From Cyanophora paradoxa CCMP329 (taxonomy: Eukaryota > Plantae > Glaucophyta), in the NCBI GenBank assembly GCA_004431415.1, contig QPMI01000148.1, positions 41,782-105,781 on the forward strand: 64,000 bases of DNA. Direction: 5' to 3'. Under the pieces are notes generated by a model. It saw only the letters and a program-made list of their open reading frames with translations. It was not told the origin of the DNA and made no database searches. Position 1 is the first letter of the stretch, and each line of letters starts with the position of its first letter. The translations under genes were made by a program, and so were the position numbers. This document shows, one piece after another, positions 1-14,000 of this stretch.

Positions 1-3000
1 TGCAGGCGCGGGTGCAGGATCTGCGGGGGCGGGCGGGGTACAGGCGTCAGCGCAGGCGCCGGGGGAGGCGGCGGATCGGAGGAAGATCGAATTCGAATTT
101 GAAAAAATGAGGGGGCGGGCCTTCTGGACGTGGACGCCCTCCGTGACCTGGGACGCGATGTCCTGCGGCGTGATGAAGATGAACTGCTTGCGGCCGCCCT
201 CGATGGTGCCGTGCGCCTTGTGCAGGAGGTCCATCGTGATCTGCCTGTTCTGAGCATCCATGAAGACGTCTGCGCGCGGGGCGAAGTCAGAAGAGTCAGG
301 CGTGGGGGGGGGATGGAATGCCGGGTACAGGCGCACCGAACTCGTCCATGACGCGGAAGGGCGACTGGCACTTGCTGCCGACGGCGAGCGTGAAGGCCGT
401 CGTGGTGAAGGATCGCTCCCCGCCCGAGAGCGTCTTGAGGTCCCGCGTGCTCTCCTGGTCCGCGCGCCCCGGGAGCACCGGCTGCGCGGGGCGGGGCGGG
501 GCGGGGCGGGGCGGGGCGGTTGAGGCGGGGCGGGCGGCGAGGCACGGGGCGCCGACCTTAATCTCGAGGGTGCGATTTTGCTGGTCAAACGTGACCGAGC
601 CGTTGCACCCCGGCCGGAGCTCCATGCACGTCCCGAAGATCTGTGCGGGTTTCAATGTTCGAAGATCTGCGCGGGCAGGACCGGCCAGGCCGAGCCGCTC
701 ACATAGTTGATTTCGTCGGCGTACGTCTCCTCCATTTTCTCCAGCTGCTTGATGCGCTTTCCCAGCAGACGGGAGAGCTCCTGCGTCGGCGTCAGGCGCG
801 GGGAAGGGCGGGGGGGGCGGGCGGGGCGCGCGTTCAGGTTGTCCTCCGCCCCATCGCACTGCCGCTGCAGGGTTGCGAGCTTGGAACGGGCCGACTCGTA
901 CTGCTCCTTCGCCTCCTCAACGCTCATTCCGCCGCGCCTGCGCCCAGCGATCAGCGCGACGGGAGCCCGTGCGCGGGCAGCCGGCTAGCCGGCCGGCCGG
1001 CGCGCACCGCTGCTGCTCCTCCTGGCGGTGCTTCTCGGCCCGCCTGATGTCCCGAGCGACAGAGTCGGGCGTCTTGCCCTCCAGGTCGACGTCCTCCCGG
1101 TGGCACATCTCCGCCGCCTGCCCCTCCGCGTCCGCCACCTGCCGCCGCTGCGCCTCCACCCGCTGCGCCGCGAGCTCCAGCGCGCCCTCCGCGTCCCGCA
1201 GCTTGCACTCTGCCTTCTGCACGGACCTCTCCGCCTTCCCGATGCTCTTCGTGAGGTTCTCGACCTCGTCCTGTCCAAGGGGCGTGAGGGAGCGAGGGGC
1301 GTGAGGGAGCGGCCGGCGGCGCGGGCGGGCGGGCGGGCGGCAGGGCGCCCGCGCACCGTGATTTCCTTGAGCCTCGCCTGCGCTTCGGCCTTCTGGTCCT
1401 CTGCGGCCTTGTGGGCCGCGGCCGCCGCGTGCGCCTCCTGCTTCATCCCCTCGATCTCCCCCTGCTTCGCCGCCAGCTCCCCCGAGCACTCGGAGAGGCG
1501 CTTCTCGAGCGCCTGCGGCGCCGCGGCGGAGCGTCAGGACGGGCGCGCCCCGGGCGAGTGCGCTTCTCTTCGTTCGCACGGCGACGTTGCCCTCCAGATC
1601 GGCGATCGAGCCCTCCTCCTGCTGCGGCTCGCGCTTCTCCTCGTCCTCGCGCTTGTACCGCGCCTGGAACATCTGCCTCTCCGCATCCCTGATGCGGTGC
1701 TGCGCGGGGCGTCGGCGCGCGCTCGCTCGCTCGCTCGCGGAGTGCAGACGTCGAGGGCTTGGAACTTGTCGCGGACGACCTTGAGCGCCCTCTCGGCCTC
1801 GCCCTTGCGGGACAGGGCGTCGGCCCTGGCCTGGGTCTCCTTCTTCATCTGCCGCCTGGCCTCTCTGCGAGGCGGGCGACGGCGAGTCAGGGGGCGGCTC
1901 GGCGCGGCCCGCAGGGCGCCGCAGGCGGCACGAAGGGAAGCGAGCGCACTCGATCGTCTCGTCGAAGTTCTCGTCGAAAAAGTTGATGGCCGTGCGGCGC
2001 TGGTGCGATTTCGTGATCTCCGTCATGCCCCTAATAGACAAGGACGTGCCGTCCGCCATTAAAACGCCGGAGCAGTCCTTTCGGTGCGCTGCGGAGGGCG
2101 GTCGCGGCGGCCGGATCGGGGCGCGATAGAAAGCGCAATCGGGGCCGGGGCGACGCACCGAAAGCGACCTTCTGCGCGTCGTCGGCGTTCTCGAAGAGCC
2201 ACGTGCTCTCTATGCGGAACGAGTCGACGAGCATGTTGAAGACGGAGGGGTGCGAGACCTCCAAGACCGAGGCAACCGTCACGGCGCCCTGCTCCGGCGC
2301 CGGCGCGTTCGCGGCCAGGTGCCGCTCCTGCGGGCGGCGTCAGGGACGGGAGGGGGGGGGGAAGGGAGGGGGGTACAGGCGCGCACCGGATACCTGTCCT
2401 CGCCCTGGCGCCGCGTGATCACGGAGATGAACTGATCACTGCGGGTCGCGTCAGTCGGTCGGTCGGGCGGGAGGGCGGTTGGTCGGCCGAGCGCCCCGCG
2501 GGCGGGCGCGGGAGGGAGGAAAAGGGGGGTACGGGGCGCCGCGCACTCGACGCCGGCCTGCCTGGCCAGCTGCATGAGCCGCCTCTCGTCCTCGCGGTTC
2601 GACACGATGAAGGAGCGGAGCGCTTGGCCGACGCAGGCCTCGGCGGCGACGGCCCAGCGCCTGTCCTTCAGGCGCACGAACTTGCCTGCGGGGCAAAGCT
2701 CAGTGGGGCCCGGCCCGAAGCAAAGCGGCGCGGGCGCACCGATGGGGCCGACGGGTTTCTGACGGAAGTCGCCGGCGCGCTGCTCGACGAGCTTCACGAG
2801 CCGCGACATGTTGCGCGCCAGGGCCTCGATCCGGTCGCCCTTGGCCCCGATCGCCGTCTCCTCCGCAGCGCGCGCCTTGCGGATCGCCTCGTCGATCCGA
2901 TTGACATCGGCCGCGAGGTCCGAGACGGCCTTGTGGGCTTGGTTGCGCTCGTCCACCATCTCCTGCTGCGCCCTCTTGAGCTCCTCGACCTCGTTGGAAT

Positions 3001-5068
3001 ACTCCTGCTCCGCCTGCGCCAGCCGCGCCACCCGCTCCTGCCACGCCTGCCGCAGCGACCTGGAGGGCAACAGCGTCGTCGTCGGCCCGGGGGCGGCCCG
3101 GCTCCCGCTCAGGCGGGGACGGGGGCGGAGGGGCGGACTCGACGTCTCGGGACTGCTTGGCGCGCGCGGCGTCCAGCTCCCTCCGCGCCGCTGCGAGCTC
3201 CTTCTCCAGTCGCTTGACCTCTTTCTCCTTGCCAGACAGGGCGCTCTGCGGGCGCGGGCGCGGGCGGCGGTCGGCCACGGGCGCGCCTCGCGGGACGCAG
3301 ATGATGAGCTCCCGCGCGGACCTTGGCGCGGTTCAGGGTGCCCGTGGTGTCCGCGACGGCCGCGTAAGCGGCGTCCGCCGCCTGCGTTGCGTCGCGCTCC
3401 GCCTGGAAGCGCGAGTCGGCCTCCGGCTCGAGGGCCCGGTACTGCTCCTGCAAGTGGGCGCTGTTGGCGCGCGCCGAGTCCAGGGCCTGCTGCCCCCCGT
3501 CGACTCTGATCTGCGCCGCCCCCAGCTCCTCTTCCAGGCCCGCCAGCTTCTGCTCGCCACGAATGAACGGGCGTGAGCGCGCCGCTGAACAGGCCCGCGC
3601 GCGGCGAGGCGAGGCGGGGCGTGGGCGGCCGCGGGGCGCACGTTCTCCTCCTCCGCGACATGAAGCCAGGCAAGCTCGCACTTGTGCCGCTTGATAACTT
3701 CCTCCATGCTTTCCAGCTCCATCAGCTTCTCGTAGACCTGCCGCTTCTCCTCGACCGCCTTCTCCATCGCCGGGAAAGTCTGCCGCCCGCCCGCGCCCGC
3801 CGCGTCACGCAGCGTCGCACGGAGCGCTGCGGGGGAGGGAGGGAGGGTCGCCGTGGCGGGGCCACCTTGCGCTTGTCCTCGAGGACGGCGCGGTACTGTT
3901 CGCACATCTGCTGGGCCTTCGTGTAGTTCTCGCGCGTCTCGTCGAACTGCATCGCGGTCGTGTAGAACTGCGCGAGACCGATCGTCAGGGGCGGCTCCGC
4001 GGGGCGGGCGGGCGGGCGGGCGCCGGCGCGCTCGCCTTGAAGAGCGACTTTTCGTCCGTCTTCTGCAGGAACTCCTTCGCCTGATCTTGCATCATAACGA
4101 CGCAGGGGTTCCTGCGCCGGAGTCAGAGCCGATCGGGGGCAGCGCGGCGCGCTGGCGTAGCGCGCCCGACTTGGATATCCCAGTGATTCACGATGGCATC
4201 CACGAGACGACGCGCATCCTTGCCCTTCGTTCTCTGCCCTACACGCGCAAGCGTGAGTCGCCGCCGCCGTCCGCCGCCGGCCAGGAGCGAAGGGCCAACG
4301 CGGACCGTTCTCGCCGGTGACGCAGAAATCGGATTGCCCGTTGGTGCGAATGGTGCGCTCGATGCTGATGTGCTTCCCGAACTCGTCCTGCCGGAACGGG
4401 TTGCTGCCCTGGTTGCACAGCACGACTTCCACCTTCGCCCTGCGCAGCTCTGCGTCGGCCCGGGCGGGCGGAGCTGGCCGCGTGTGGCGCACTCTCGAAT
4501 CTCGTTGCTGCCTCCCTTGTTGAGAACGAAGTCCTGCGGCCGCAAGGTTGGCGTTCACCGCGGCAGGCGCGTTCAGGTGAACCTACCTTCAGGGACCGCG
4601 CCCTGTTGGTCTTGTTGGCCCTTGCGCCAAGGCAAACGATCAAGGCGGTCGCCATCGCACTCTTTCCGGACCCGTTGGCGCCTGCGCAGCCAGGGTCGGC
4701 TGAAGGGAGACAGAGGTGAACATGCGCTCGGCGACGCGCGGCATGCACCAGTGACGTAGTTCATCTTCGGACCGAACATAGTGTCGACCTTCTTGTGGCT
4801 GCGCTCGTCTCGGTCCGCAGCGCGGGCAGCGCGGCTCAAAGATTTGAAAGTACCACATAAAATTGCTGAGGCGGATGCCCTGCACGCTGCCAGACACGAA
4901 GCCCTCCGGAGGCTTCGCGAAGTACCTCAAGCTCCAGGAGCTGTCATCCGGGGACCGCTTCCGCTTCCCAGCTTTTGTCTGCGCGGGCTGCGACGGGCCC
5001 GCCTGAGACTCCGGCTGTGCGTAGTCCTCCGTCTCCGACTCCTCCTCTAGCCGCCGGCGCGGGGCCAT
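1..5068 (-). CDS. SMC6: Structural maintenance of chromosomes protein 6 (multi-exon; 3' end runs off the window)
   Basis: Hand-spliced exons: MAPRRRLEEE...GSVQGIRLSNFMCHKK; Walker A GANGSGKSA followed by LIVCLGARANKTNRARSLKDFV; coiled coils; hinge KPVGPIG...WAVAAEACVG; signature TLSGGERSFTT; Walker B SPFRVMDEFDVFMDAQNR. TNR after Walker A and DEFDVFMD are typical of SMC6. Confidence 0.9.
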
Positions 5069-5294
5069 CGATCCTTTAACTTCGAATCCCTTGACGCAAG
5101 GGTACGGCGAACGCAATTGTAGCCGTACCCCTTCGATCTCGAAGAACTTCCAGCCTTCTTCTCCCCGTGAACCCCGAGCAGGGTGTGAGGGAGCATCCAG
5201 TCGATTTTAAGCAGGTTCGCGGTTCCCGCCTCTCGCCATCAGTGCGACTCGCGACCTGGCGCTTCTCGCAGACGATCAGCAGCCTCGAACCAAA
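5069..5294. promoter_or_regulatory. Short divergent (probably bidirectional) promoter region between SMC6 and SNU13
   Basis: Only 226 bp separate the two divergent ATGs; function inferred from geometry alone. Confidence 0.5.
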
Positions 5295-5932
5295 ATGGTG
5301 CGACGCCCGCTGCGAACCCATGTGCTTCGTGGCGATCTCACGATCCCGCTCCCGCAGGCCGACGACGCGCCCGCTGTGAACCCCAAGGCGTACCCGCTCG
5401 CGGACACGCAGCTGACCAACAGCATCCTGGATCTTGTCCAGCAGGCTGCCAACTACAAGCAGCTGAAGAAGGGCGCCAACGAGGGTGCGCGAGATCCTCG
5501 CGCTCTGGCGTTCGCGAGGGTCGTCCCGTGATCGCGGGTCACTGCAGCCACCAAGACGCTCAACCGTGGCATTTCGGAGTTCATTATCCTCGCCGCCGAT
5601 GCGGAGCCGCTCGAGATCCTTCTGCACCTCCCCCTTCTGTGCGAGGACAAGGTCGGCCCTGGGCACATCGGCGCGGGCCTAGCTCTCGCCGCCCTGACGC
5701 ACCTCCGCTGCGCAGAACGTCCCGTACGTCTTCGTTCCGTCGAAGACCGCCCTCGGTCGCGCGTGCGGCGTGTCGCGGCCCGTCATCTCCTGCTCGGTGA
5801 CGACCAACGAGGGCTCTCAGCTGAAGAGCCAGATCCAGAGTCTCAAGCTGTCCATCGAGAAGCTCCTCATCGTGCGTTCCTTTTCTTTTCTTATGTGTGC
5901 CCTTGCTGCCGCTCCTGAACGTGCCGCAGTAA
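5295..5932 (+). CDS. SNU13: Snu13/15.5K (L7Ae family) U4 snRNP and box C/D snoRNP protein
   Basis: Exons 5295-5297, 5358-5484, 5548-5651, 5716-5871, 5930-5932 give [130 protein letters not shown]; all introns GT-AG, 58-64 nt. Confidence 0.96.
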
Positions 5933-6608
5933 ATGGATGCGTGGGGCGAGGCTCGGACGATTTCCCCCGGCCTCGAAGCTCAGGAGCTGCCGGTCACATG
6001 CCTAGGAGCTGCCGGCCGCTTTCGATCGTCCTTCTCTCCTTGCTTGCTCCTTGTGAGTCCCCGCATCATTCGTGGCGGGCCGTATGAAGACCCGCTCTCC
6101 TCTTCCACTTCAGTAGGCGACGTCTAGGTAGCTTTAGATTGTAGAGACTTGTGTAGCTAACTCGAATAGTGTGTCCGCTCAACTTTATGATTCCCGTGAA
6201 CGCGTGTCAAGCACCCAATGCCCATCAAGGTCCCCTGGGAGCGAGCCCCGGCCCTGCCGCGGGGCAGCTGCGCGCGTCTGATAGCATTATAGCTTTGTAT
6301 CTGGATTCGTCGAGGTCGACCAGCGCATACGCCGTCAACTGCAGCCGGACGCGGGCCACGCCCGCCAAGCGTACCCCTCAAAGCAGCAACACAAAGCAAG
6401 CCAGCATCTTCAGCAGCGTCAGAGTGCTGTCGCAGAGCTTGCAGCTAGCATAAACAACCCAGATCCAGTCCCTAAGACAGTCCCCCGCGTCAGCTCTCTG
6501 CGTGCCCGCCAGACTGCAAGCCAAGCCATGGAACTCCGGGCTCGGGTTCTCTTCAGCATGAGCTGATCCCTTGTGGCTCCCAAAAGGCCACCCAGCCCCG
6601 CAGGCAGC

Positions 6609-8691
6609 ATGGGGGTCGTCGACGAGGTGGTGTTCCGCGTGTACGGGCCGGCGCCCGAGCGCGCCCCTGTGGACACGCGGAGTAAGCTCTCGCTGCTGCG
6701 GAGCCCGCCGCGGGCGCACTCCACGGAGCCATTCCCCCTGATCCGGCGCCACGCCAAGCGGCTCGTGCAGCCGCGCTACTCGTCGAGCCTCTCGGACCTC
6801 GCGCTTCCGTGGCGGCGGGCGCAGCTGCCGACGCACCCGGCCTTCTACGACGAGGTCAACGTCGACTGGAAGGCGGGGCTGCGCGAGGGCGGCCCGCGCG
6901 AGCCGCCGCTTTCGGTCGCCCCCATGGTTGCCCAGCCTCCTGTCTCCATCCCGCGCGCCTACCCGCGCATCGCCCCAAGCCCAGCGCTCACGGTGCGCGC
7001 CGCGCTCGCCCCGCCCCCTCTTCCCTCCCGAGACGCCCGCCGACTTCTGGCCGGCCGGCCGGCCGCAGGTCCCGTGCTCGTGCCCGCACGGCGAGCACCA
7101 CGGGCACGGGCACGCCCGGGCCGCCCCTCGGCCCCTCGGCGGGCCTTTCAAGGCTGCCGGCTCGCATCCGCACGCCATCGGAGGCGGCGCCGGCGGCGGC
7201 GGCGGCGGCGGCGGTACCCTCGGGCTCCTCCCCCCCGATTCTCCAGTGAAGCCCTTCCACATCGCCCCGGCCCAGGCGCTCCTGGAGGCCCGGCGGCCCG
7301 AGACGGGCGGAACGGACGCGCCTGTACCCCCCGCCGGCCTCCAGGCGCCCCTTCGCCTCGCAGACGCGCTCCTGAGGGCCGACCAGCGCAGCCGGGCCGG
7401 GCGCGCCGCGCGGGGGCGGCGGCGCCCGCCCTCTCCCCCCTCCGCCGCCGACGGGGATCGCCCCGGGACGGGGGGTACCGACATGTCCGGCCTCCTCCGC
7501 ATCGCGGGGGATCTGGAGAGCGCGCCCCCTACCCCCCCGCTCCTCCCCCTGGCGCCCCCCGTGGCGCCCGGCGGCTCCCGCTCCCCACCTCCGATCCCCG
7601 GCGGTGCCCCCGCCCAGCTCCACGCCTCCGACCTCGCCGCTTCGGGCGCCGACGCCCGATACGTCGCCCGTACCCTCCGCAAGGTCGCCTCCCCCCCCCC
7701 TCTTTTTTTCCGTTTCTGCGGTATTTGATACCCCGCCGCAGTTCCTGCCCGAGACAGTCTCTGCGGTGGCGCCGCAGGGATCGGCCCTCGCCGCCTCGCG
7801 TCTCGCGGACGCGCCGCCGCCGCCGCCGCCGCATCCGGCCGGGGCGCGCAAGAGCGCGCGGGGCGCCGGATCGAATGCGGGCGCCGGCGGCTCCTCGCGG
7901 AGGGGCGGAGGGCCCGGGCACGGCATCCAGTCCAGCGGGAGCCTCTTGGCCCTGGGCCTCCAGATCGCGGAGAGCGTCGCGGCGAGGGCGGCCGAAGAGG
8001 CACGGGACGCGGCGCTGCTCGCGGGGCGCGAGGGCGGCGCCGGCGAGGGCGGCGGCGACGGAGAGCACATGGGCGACCTGCTCGTGGGCCGAGTGGGGCG
8101 CGTCAACGTCGCCCAGCGGGACAAGAAGGGGAAGCGGGACAAGAACCGGCCCAAGGGCGCGCTGCTGCTGCGGACGGCGAACGATCAGGAGAGCGGTCTC
8201 CCGACGGACATCGACGACTTCTTCTCGCAGATCGCCGACATGGCTCTGAAGGACGAAAAGGTCGTCGAGCGCGTCCGCGACCGGTGCGCGATTGAGATAA
8301 ATAATATTTCGAATTCGATCTGGTTCTGTACCCCCCTTCCTCCTCCTCGCTTTCTGACGCTTCTGGGGGGTACCGCCAGGATCGTGAACATCCTGGCCGA
8401 CGCCCTCATGCGGGGGAACCAGGAGGACTTCCTCTCCTTCTACGGTACCCCCCGCTCTCAACTCCACCCCCCGTCTCTTTTTTTCTCCCTCTGACGCGCC
8501 TGCACCCCCCCTCCCCTCCCTCCCCCTCAGACCGCATCCCGGTCGCTTTTACGCAGGCGGACTTGGACAATATGAAGCACCGGGCGTGGAAAATCGTCGA
8601 GCAGAAGGGGCGCGTGTGGGGAGACGGCGGCGCCGGCTCCGGCGCTGGCGCTGGCGCCGCCCAACCCGCGGGCGCGGCAGCGCGAAAATGA
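6609..8691 (+). CDS. Hypothetical multi-exon protein with low-complexity middle and helical C-terminal domain
   Basis: Begins MGVVDEVVFRVYGP; short GT-AG introns; 3' exons read DIDDFFSQIADMALKDEKVVERVRDR/IVNILADALMRGNQEDFLSFY/DRIPVAFTQADLDNMKHRAWKIVEQKGRVW...RK*. No family recognised. Confidence 0.6.
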
Positions 8692-9446
8692 CACGTGAGC
8701 TTAAGCTACTATTCGAATTCGTAGTTAGCGTCGAACTCTATTATTATTCAGGATCCGTACTATAAGAGATCGAATACTTGTCCACCCCATGCATGCACAA
8801 GCTCGCGTTCGGCCCGGGGCAGCGACACTTCAAGTGTAGAGATCGTTTAATTCCGCTATTTATACTTCAAGAGCACGATATCCACTATAGCTATAGATAA
8901 GCGAATTAATAGTGATGCAGGCAATAATTGAATGTAGGACTACAGTACTAGGTTAAATCGTAAGAAAAGAAGTGATAAATCTAATTTCGAAGCTGAAATA
9001 TACATCGAAGGCCCTGAGGGGTTCTCGACAGGGACGGGGCGCGCGCGGCATGTACAATACAGTCATTGAATGAAGGGAAGCGAGCACTATAGAGCTGTAT
9101 ACTAAGCACAGCGCATATACGTATACCTATATATATATATATATCCAGCGCATCTACTAATACTGTTGATCACGAGGAAAATTGAGTTCCGAGCGCGAAG
9201 GGTTCGCACACACATTCATATTGAATGTCGAAACTCGGATCAAACACGTTCAAGGGGGCGGGGAAGACCCCCGGACGGTCCGGTACAAATGCATACGTGC
9301 ATACGAAAACTGAATAACTTAGATGTACGTATACCAGTACTATTACTACTAGATTCGAATATATGCCCGAAGAGAAACCGGAAGCGAATGAAGCGAATTT
9401 AATATGAATTCAAAGTCGAGAACCGCCGCGCCGCCGGGCCTTCTGA

Positions 9447-11003
9447 TCAGAAGGACGCGGAAACAATCGGGTTGAGGGTGCCGAGGGGCGGCGCGTGCCC
9501 GTGGACGCTTCCGGGGGTACCGTTCTTGAACTGGGGCAGGGGTACGGCGGGCGAGGCGGGGAGGCGGCCGAGGCGGCGGAGGAGGCGGGAGCGGGCGGGG
9601 CGGGAGGGTACGGTGTCGACGGAGGCGCGGCGGGGTACGGATGCCTCGCGGGCTTCCCGTTCGCGATCGCGCTCCTGCTCCTCGCGATCGCGATCGCGAT
9701 CGTCCTCCCCGTTGCTGCTACCCCCGCCGCTGCTGCCGCTGCTCGGGTCCTCCGGGGGCGGCGAGGGCGGCTTGGAATTGGAGGAAGTGGGGTAGGGCGA
9801 GCCCGAGCGCAGCGGCGGCAGGCGGTCGCGATCGAACGAGGCCGGTCGCTTCGAGGGCGCGGGGAAGGAGGCCGGCGCCTTTCGGGGCGGGGGCGTCGCC
9901 ACGCGCCGCGGCCCGCCTTGGGACCCAGCCGAACTGGAGGTCTCTGCAGCGGGCGTCGCTGGCCGCAGGCAGGGCGCTGACGCCGGGGCGTAGATCATCG
10001 AGCCGCCCATCGCTTCCTGCAAGGGGCAGCGGTCAAGCGTGGCCAAGGCGAGCGGGGTAGCTATAGATAGAGCGCAGGGAAATTGGCGTGTAAATCGTTG
10101 AATTAAAATTAAAGAGCGAACCGCCTGGCGTCGGACGCAGTTAGCGATGGCGAGCCGGCGGAGGGATCGGCAGCCGGACGAGAGGTCAGCCAGCAGTAGC
10201 GCTATCGGATCAGCGTTGGACCCTCCCGCGGCCGCGGCTGCTAGCGCTGCTGCTGCTGTCTCCTTCTTCGAATTCGCTGTCGGCGCCGCCGCCGCCGGCG
10301 GCGGCGGCGCAGGCTTGCGGGGCACGATGCAGGCGCCCAGCGCGACTTCGTGCCACTCGCGGAGGCGCCTCGAGCTCGAGCCGGCGCTGTCCTCGATCGT
10401 GAGGGAGGACGCCACGTGCCTTAGGAACGCGACCAAGTCCGAATTGATCTCGGACGCGCCGCTCCAGAAGCTGGCGAGGGAGACGAGGGACTGCCGGAAC
10501 CACTCGCGCGTGACCCCGCGCTCGTTCCCCTTGCGGTCCACGTCAAAATCGACCTCGCCGATCTTCGAGCACTCGGCCAGATCCCAACTCGTCCTAAGAG
10601 ACCGGTACAGAGCGCTGCGCGCGCGCGAGGGATAGATCTAGATTAGATAAACAGGAAGGTGACGGACTCGGAAATATATATAACAGCAAGCAAGACACTC
10701 AATATAAACATATATAATTACCGGTGAAAGCGCAGGTACATTTCTTTGTTCAGAGCTGTCGCGTCCCGGCTTCCAGAGGCGCAGAGCCAGAGCTGCAGGG
10801 GGCGCCGTTAGCGAGGCTCTAAATCTGGGAGGCACTAGTACTAAACATTCTCATGATCATATAATCAGACGCACCATGTCCAACAACTTGACCACCTCTG
10901 CGATGGGAGACATAGGAACGGCCGAGGAGCTTGAGCCGGGGATCGGCCCAGCGACGGCGGCAGCAGAGGAGGCTGCCTTCGGGTATTCAACGTCGCAAGC
11001 CAT
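9447..11003 (-). CDS. Hypothetical protein, possibly degenerate
   Basis: Coding-like segments MACDVEYPK...EVVKLLDM and LYRSLRTSWDLAECSKIGEVDFDVDRKGNERGVTREWFRQSLVSLASFWSG...VAFLRHVASSLT, then a Pro/Ser/Arg-rich tail. Exon structure uncertain. Confidence 0.4.
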
Positions 11004-14000
11004 GGCTCGAGCTCGGCCGGCCGCGGGACACACAACTGAACTGAGAGGGAGGTGCTTCGCTCGCTGCCACGTGCACAGCTGCCGCCGTATACGTACTAGC
11101 GCGACGCTGGGATGTCGGCAACGCTTCTTCCTGTGCTCAACGCGCTTCTCGAGCTCGAATCCGTCCCAACAAAAGACGGCCGCCGGATATACTGCCGAAC
11201 TGGTCGGATTTACAGCCTGGCAGCCGCACGCGCGCAATGCGCACGGTACGCGTATACGTATACGCGGTCCCGGAGTCCTGGAGCTCGCTACACTTCGGAG
11301 ACCGGCGGGAAGGCCGGCGAGAATCCGAATAGCGATGAAAGAGCTAGCGCTGCTGACTCAGTGCTGAGCCGACGTGTACGGCCGCGCCCACCGTCGAAGC
11401 TTAAGACGTGGCAATTGCAATTGCCGCTTAAGAAGCCTGCAAGTTAGGCTGCAAGCCTGCAACCCGGCGGCTCGACTCGGACTCGGCGAGCATGCGCTGG
11501 CAGGCTCGGTCACAGCCTTGGTACCGGTGTTGCTCGGAGCATGCGCCGGCGCAGCGCCGCTTCTGCGCATGCGCAGCGAGAGTTGATGAGCTCCGACCGG
11601 GTACAGCGTATACGTCGCGCGTTCCTAGTAACGGCGGTACCGGTCCGTCGGCGGACTGTGTAAGTTAACAGTGTAACGTATAACGGCGGACGCCGGACCG
11701 TCGGACACTGCGGACAGTCGATCGTCGTCGACTCGTCGTCGACTCGACGACGAGTCCGACGAGTCGACGTCGAGTCGTCCGGTCAACCGACGATCGCGAC
11801 CGGTACCGCGGTCCGCGGCCGCGGTCCGCGGAGGCTCGATTAATATAATTTGTAATGGAATCAGGCATGATCTGCCTCCGAGGCTCCGAGTCCGAGGCTC
11901 CGAGCGGACGTACCGAGCCTCAGAGGAATCATGCGCATGCGCATGCAAGCCATTGCAACTTGCAAGGATGCGCGGAGTCGCCGCGGAGCACGAGTTTTTT
12001 TATGATCTGGCGGCTTGAACCCCATAACTTCCAAGCCTAAATTGAAGTATACCGGCTCCAAGCCGCATTGTGGGTACGTATATACGTATACAGGCAGGCA
12101 GCATGGCGCATGGCCCATGCATATGGCCATGGCCAGTACGTTCGACGCGTATACGTACGATCACAATCAGTGAATTGATATCGATCATGAGCTAGGAGCC
12201 AAAGACAAGCTTAAGTGACCCGGCCCAGCCTGCATGCGCAGCTGCGCATGCCTGACTGCATGCACAGTTGTAAATTAAACTTGAGATGTGTCACACTGTG
12301 GAATGTATACGTATACGTACGTGCACGTGCCGCAGTGCCACGGTGTGTCACATGAGTCATGCACTGCGGCACACTGTGTGACAGGCCCTGAGGACCCCCG
12401 TGTATCTAGTCGTGTCGGCTTGAAGGCAAGTCGGAGCCTCGGCCTTCCCACGCTGCCATGGCCAGGCTGTTCGGAGCTCATGATCAAGCCGACGTTTAAA
12501 ATTTAAACAAACTTAAGAAGGCGCCGGCGGCGCCGGCCGCCGCACTGAGATTGAGTGACTGAATCGAATTTTTTGTTCCACATTCAAGAAGAAAACAACG
12601 CGGTGATGAAGGTTTCGCAAAAATTAAAACTCAAAGGGCTTTGATTCAAATCAATGCGCGTGTTCGTAACGAGAAGACTCGGAACGTTTGAACTTCCTTA
12701 ATCGAGGCTCCGAGGCAGCGGCGAGGCTGTCCGAGCCAGTGATGAGTCTCTAATTTATAATACAAAATAATACTCATTTATATAATTATTATAATAAACA
12801 TTACTGTAATAGTCCCAGGGCGGCAGTTATTGATAACAATAAAATAACCGGGGGGGATACAGGCTACAAACACTCTAAACGCTGCGTAATTCATGCTTAG
12901 CAACGCCTACGTCAAAAAGAAACGAAGCGCAGCAAGCTATAAGAGTCGTACAGCATCTTTGGCGTTCCGGCAGGTCGCCCGCCCGCCCGTCCAGCCACGG
13001 GGGTACAGTGGGTACGGCGCCTCCCTCTGGTGAATTCGAAACCACGGGAATTTAGATGTCTGCATTCTGAAATCCACAGTATAATAGCTTAGGCGATGTT
13101 CTTATCCCTTTTCTAACGTTTTCGAGCTGTACTGTGAGGTGCGGGGCCCCGGGGTGCCCTCTCTATGGAGCGTTATTTATAATACGCTAATCGTTATAAT
13201 AATATTATATAACGTTAGTGTAATATTATAATAAAAGTGCGGATTTTGGTCTAATCTGTAATCCGATCACTGGTCCGAGCTCGAGCGCTCGTAATAGACT
13301 AATGGTTCAAACGCTAAGTTAATCGAATTCGAATCTATGATGTAACATTGATGTTTCTGCTCATGTCATGAACCTAATGATTGTCATCCATGAATGACCA
13401 TGATGTACATGTTAGACTCATGTATAAGGCTCATGATCGCCGCTTATCCTTGTTCTTGTTTTTTGTTTGACTCTCGGAGATTCGAGCTTGCAGATCGGCT
13501 CGAGCTCTCGAGCTAGCGCCTCTCGGAGCATGCGAATCGCCGCGGCCTTCGCAGTGTGGGGTGGAAGTGACCCGTTGTGACGGGACGCGTCCATTCACAC
13601 GAGCTATCAGCAAACTTGAAAAAGCTACTTGCAAAAAATTACATCTGCGTGCGCGCCGTATACGTACGCGTACGCGGCAGCGTGGGGCAGATCTATATAG
13701 CTAGCGATGCAATTGAATATATAAAGAGTCTCTAGATCTATGCGAGCACGCCCGCAGCGCTACGGCCCTACCGTAGGCGGGCACCGCGGCACGCCGCACG
13801 CACTGTACATGTGGCACTGCAGCTGCAGGGCCCTCGAGCTCACGCTGCCAGAAGGCTTCAAAACGCATTAATGTGGGGGTCCGGGTCCAAAAACGCATTA
13901 CTTACCGGCGCATTACTTAAGTGTTTTACGGTACCGGAGGCGGGCACGTGCACGCACCGTGGCACTGCAGGGCCGCCGGGCCAGTGCAGGCGTTGGCGTT

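Noticed and set aside
1-5068. SMC6 as part of the defence cluster (SMC5/6 restricts some viruses)
   Set aside because: It is an ordinary housekeeping gene 24 kb away; proximity alone is no evidence.
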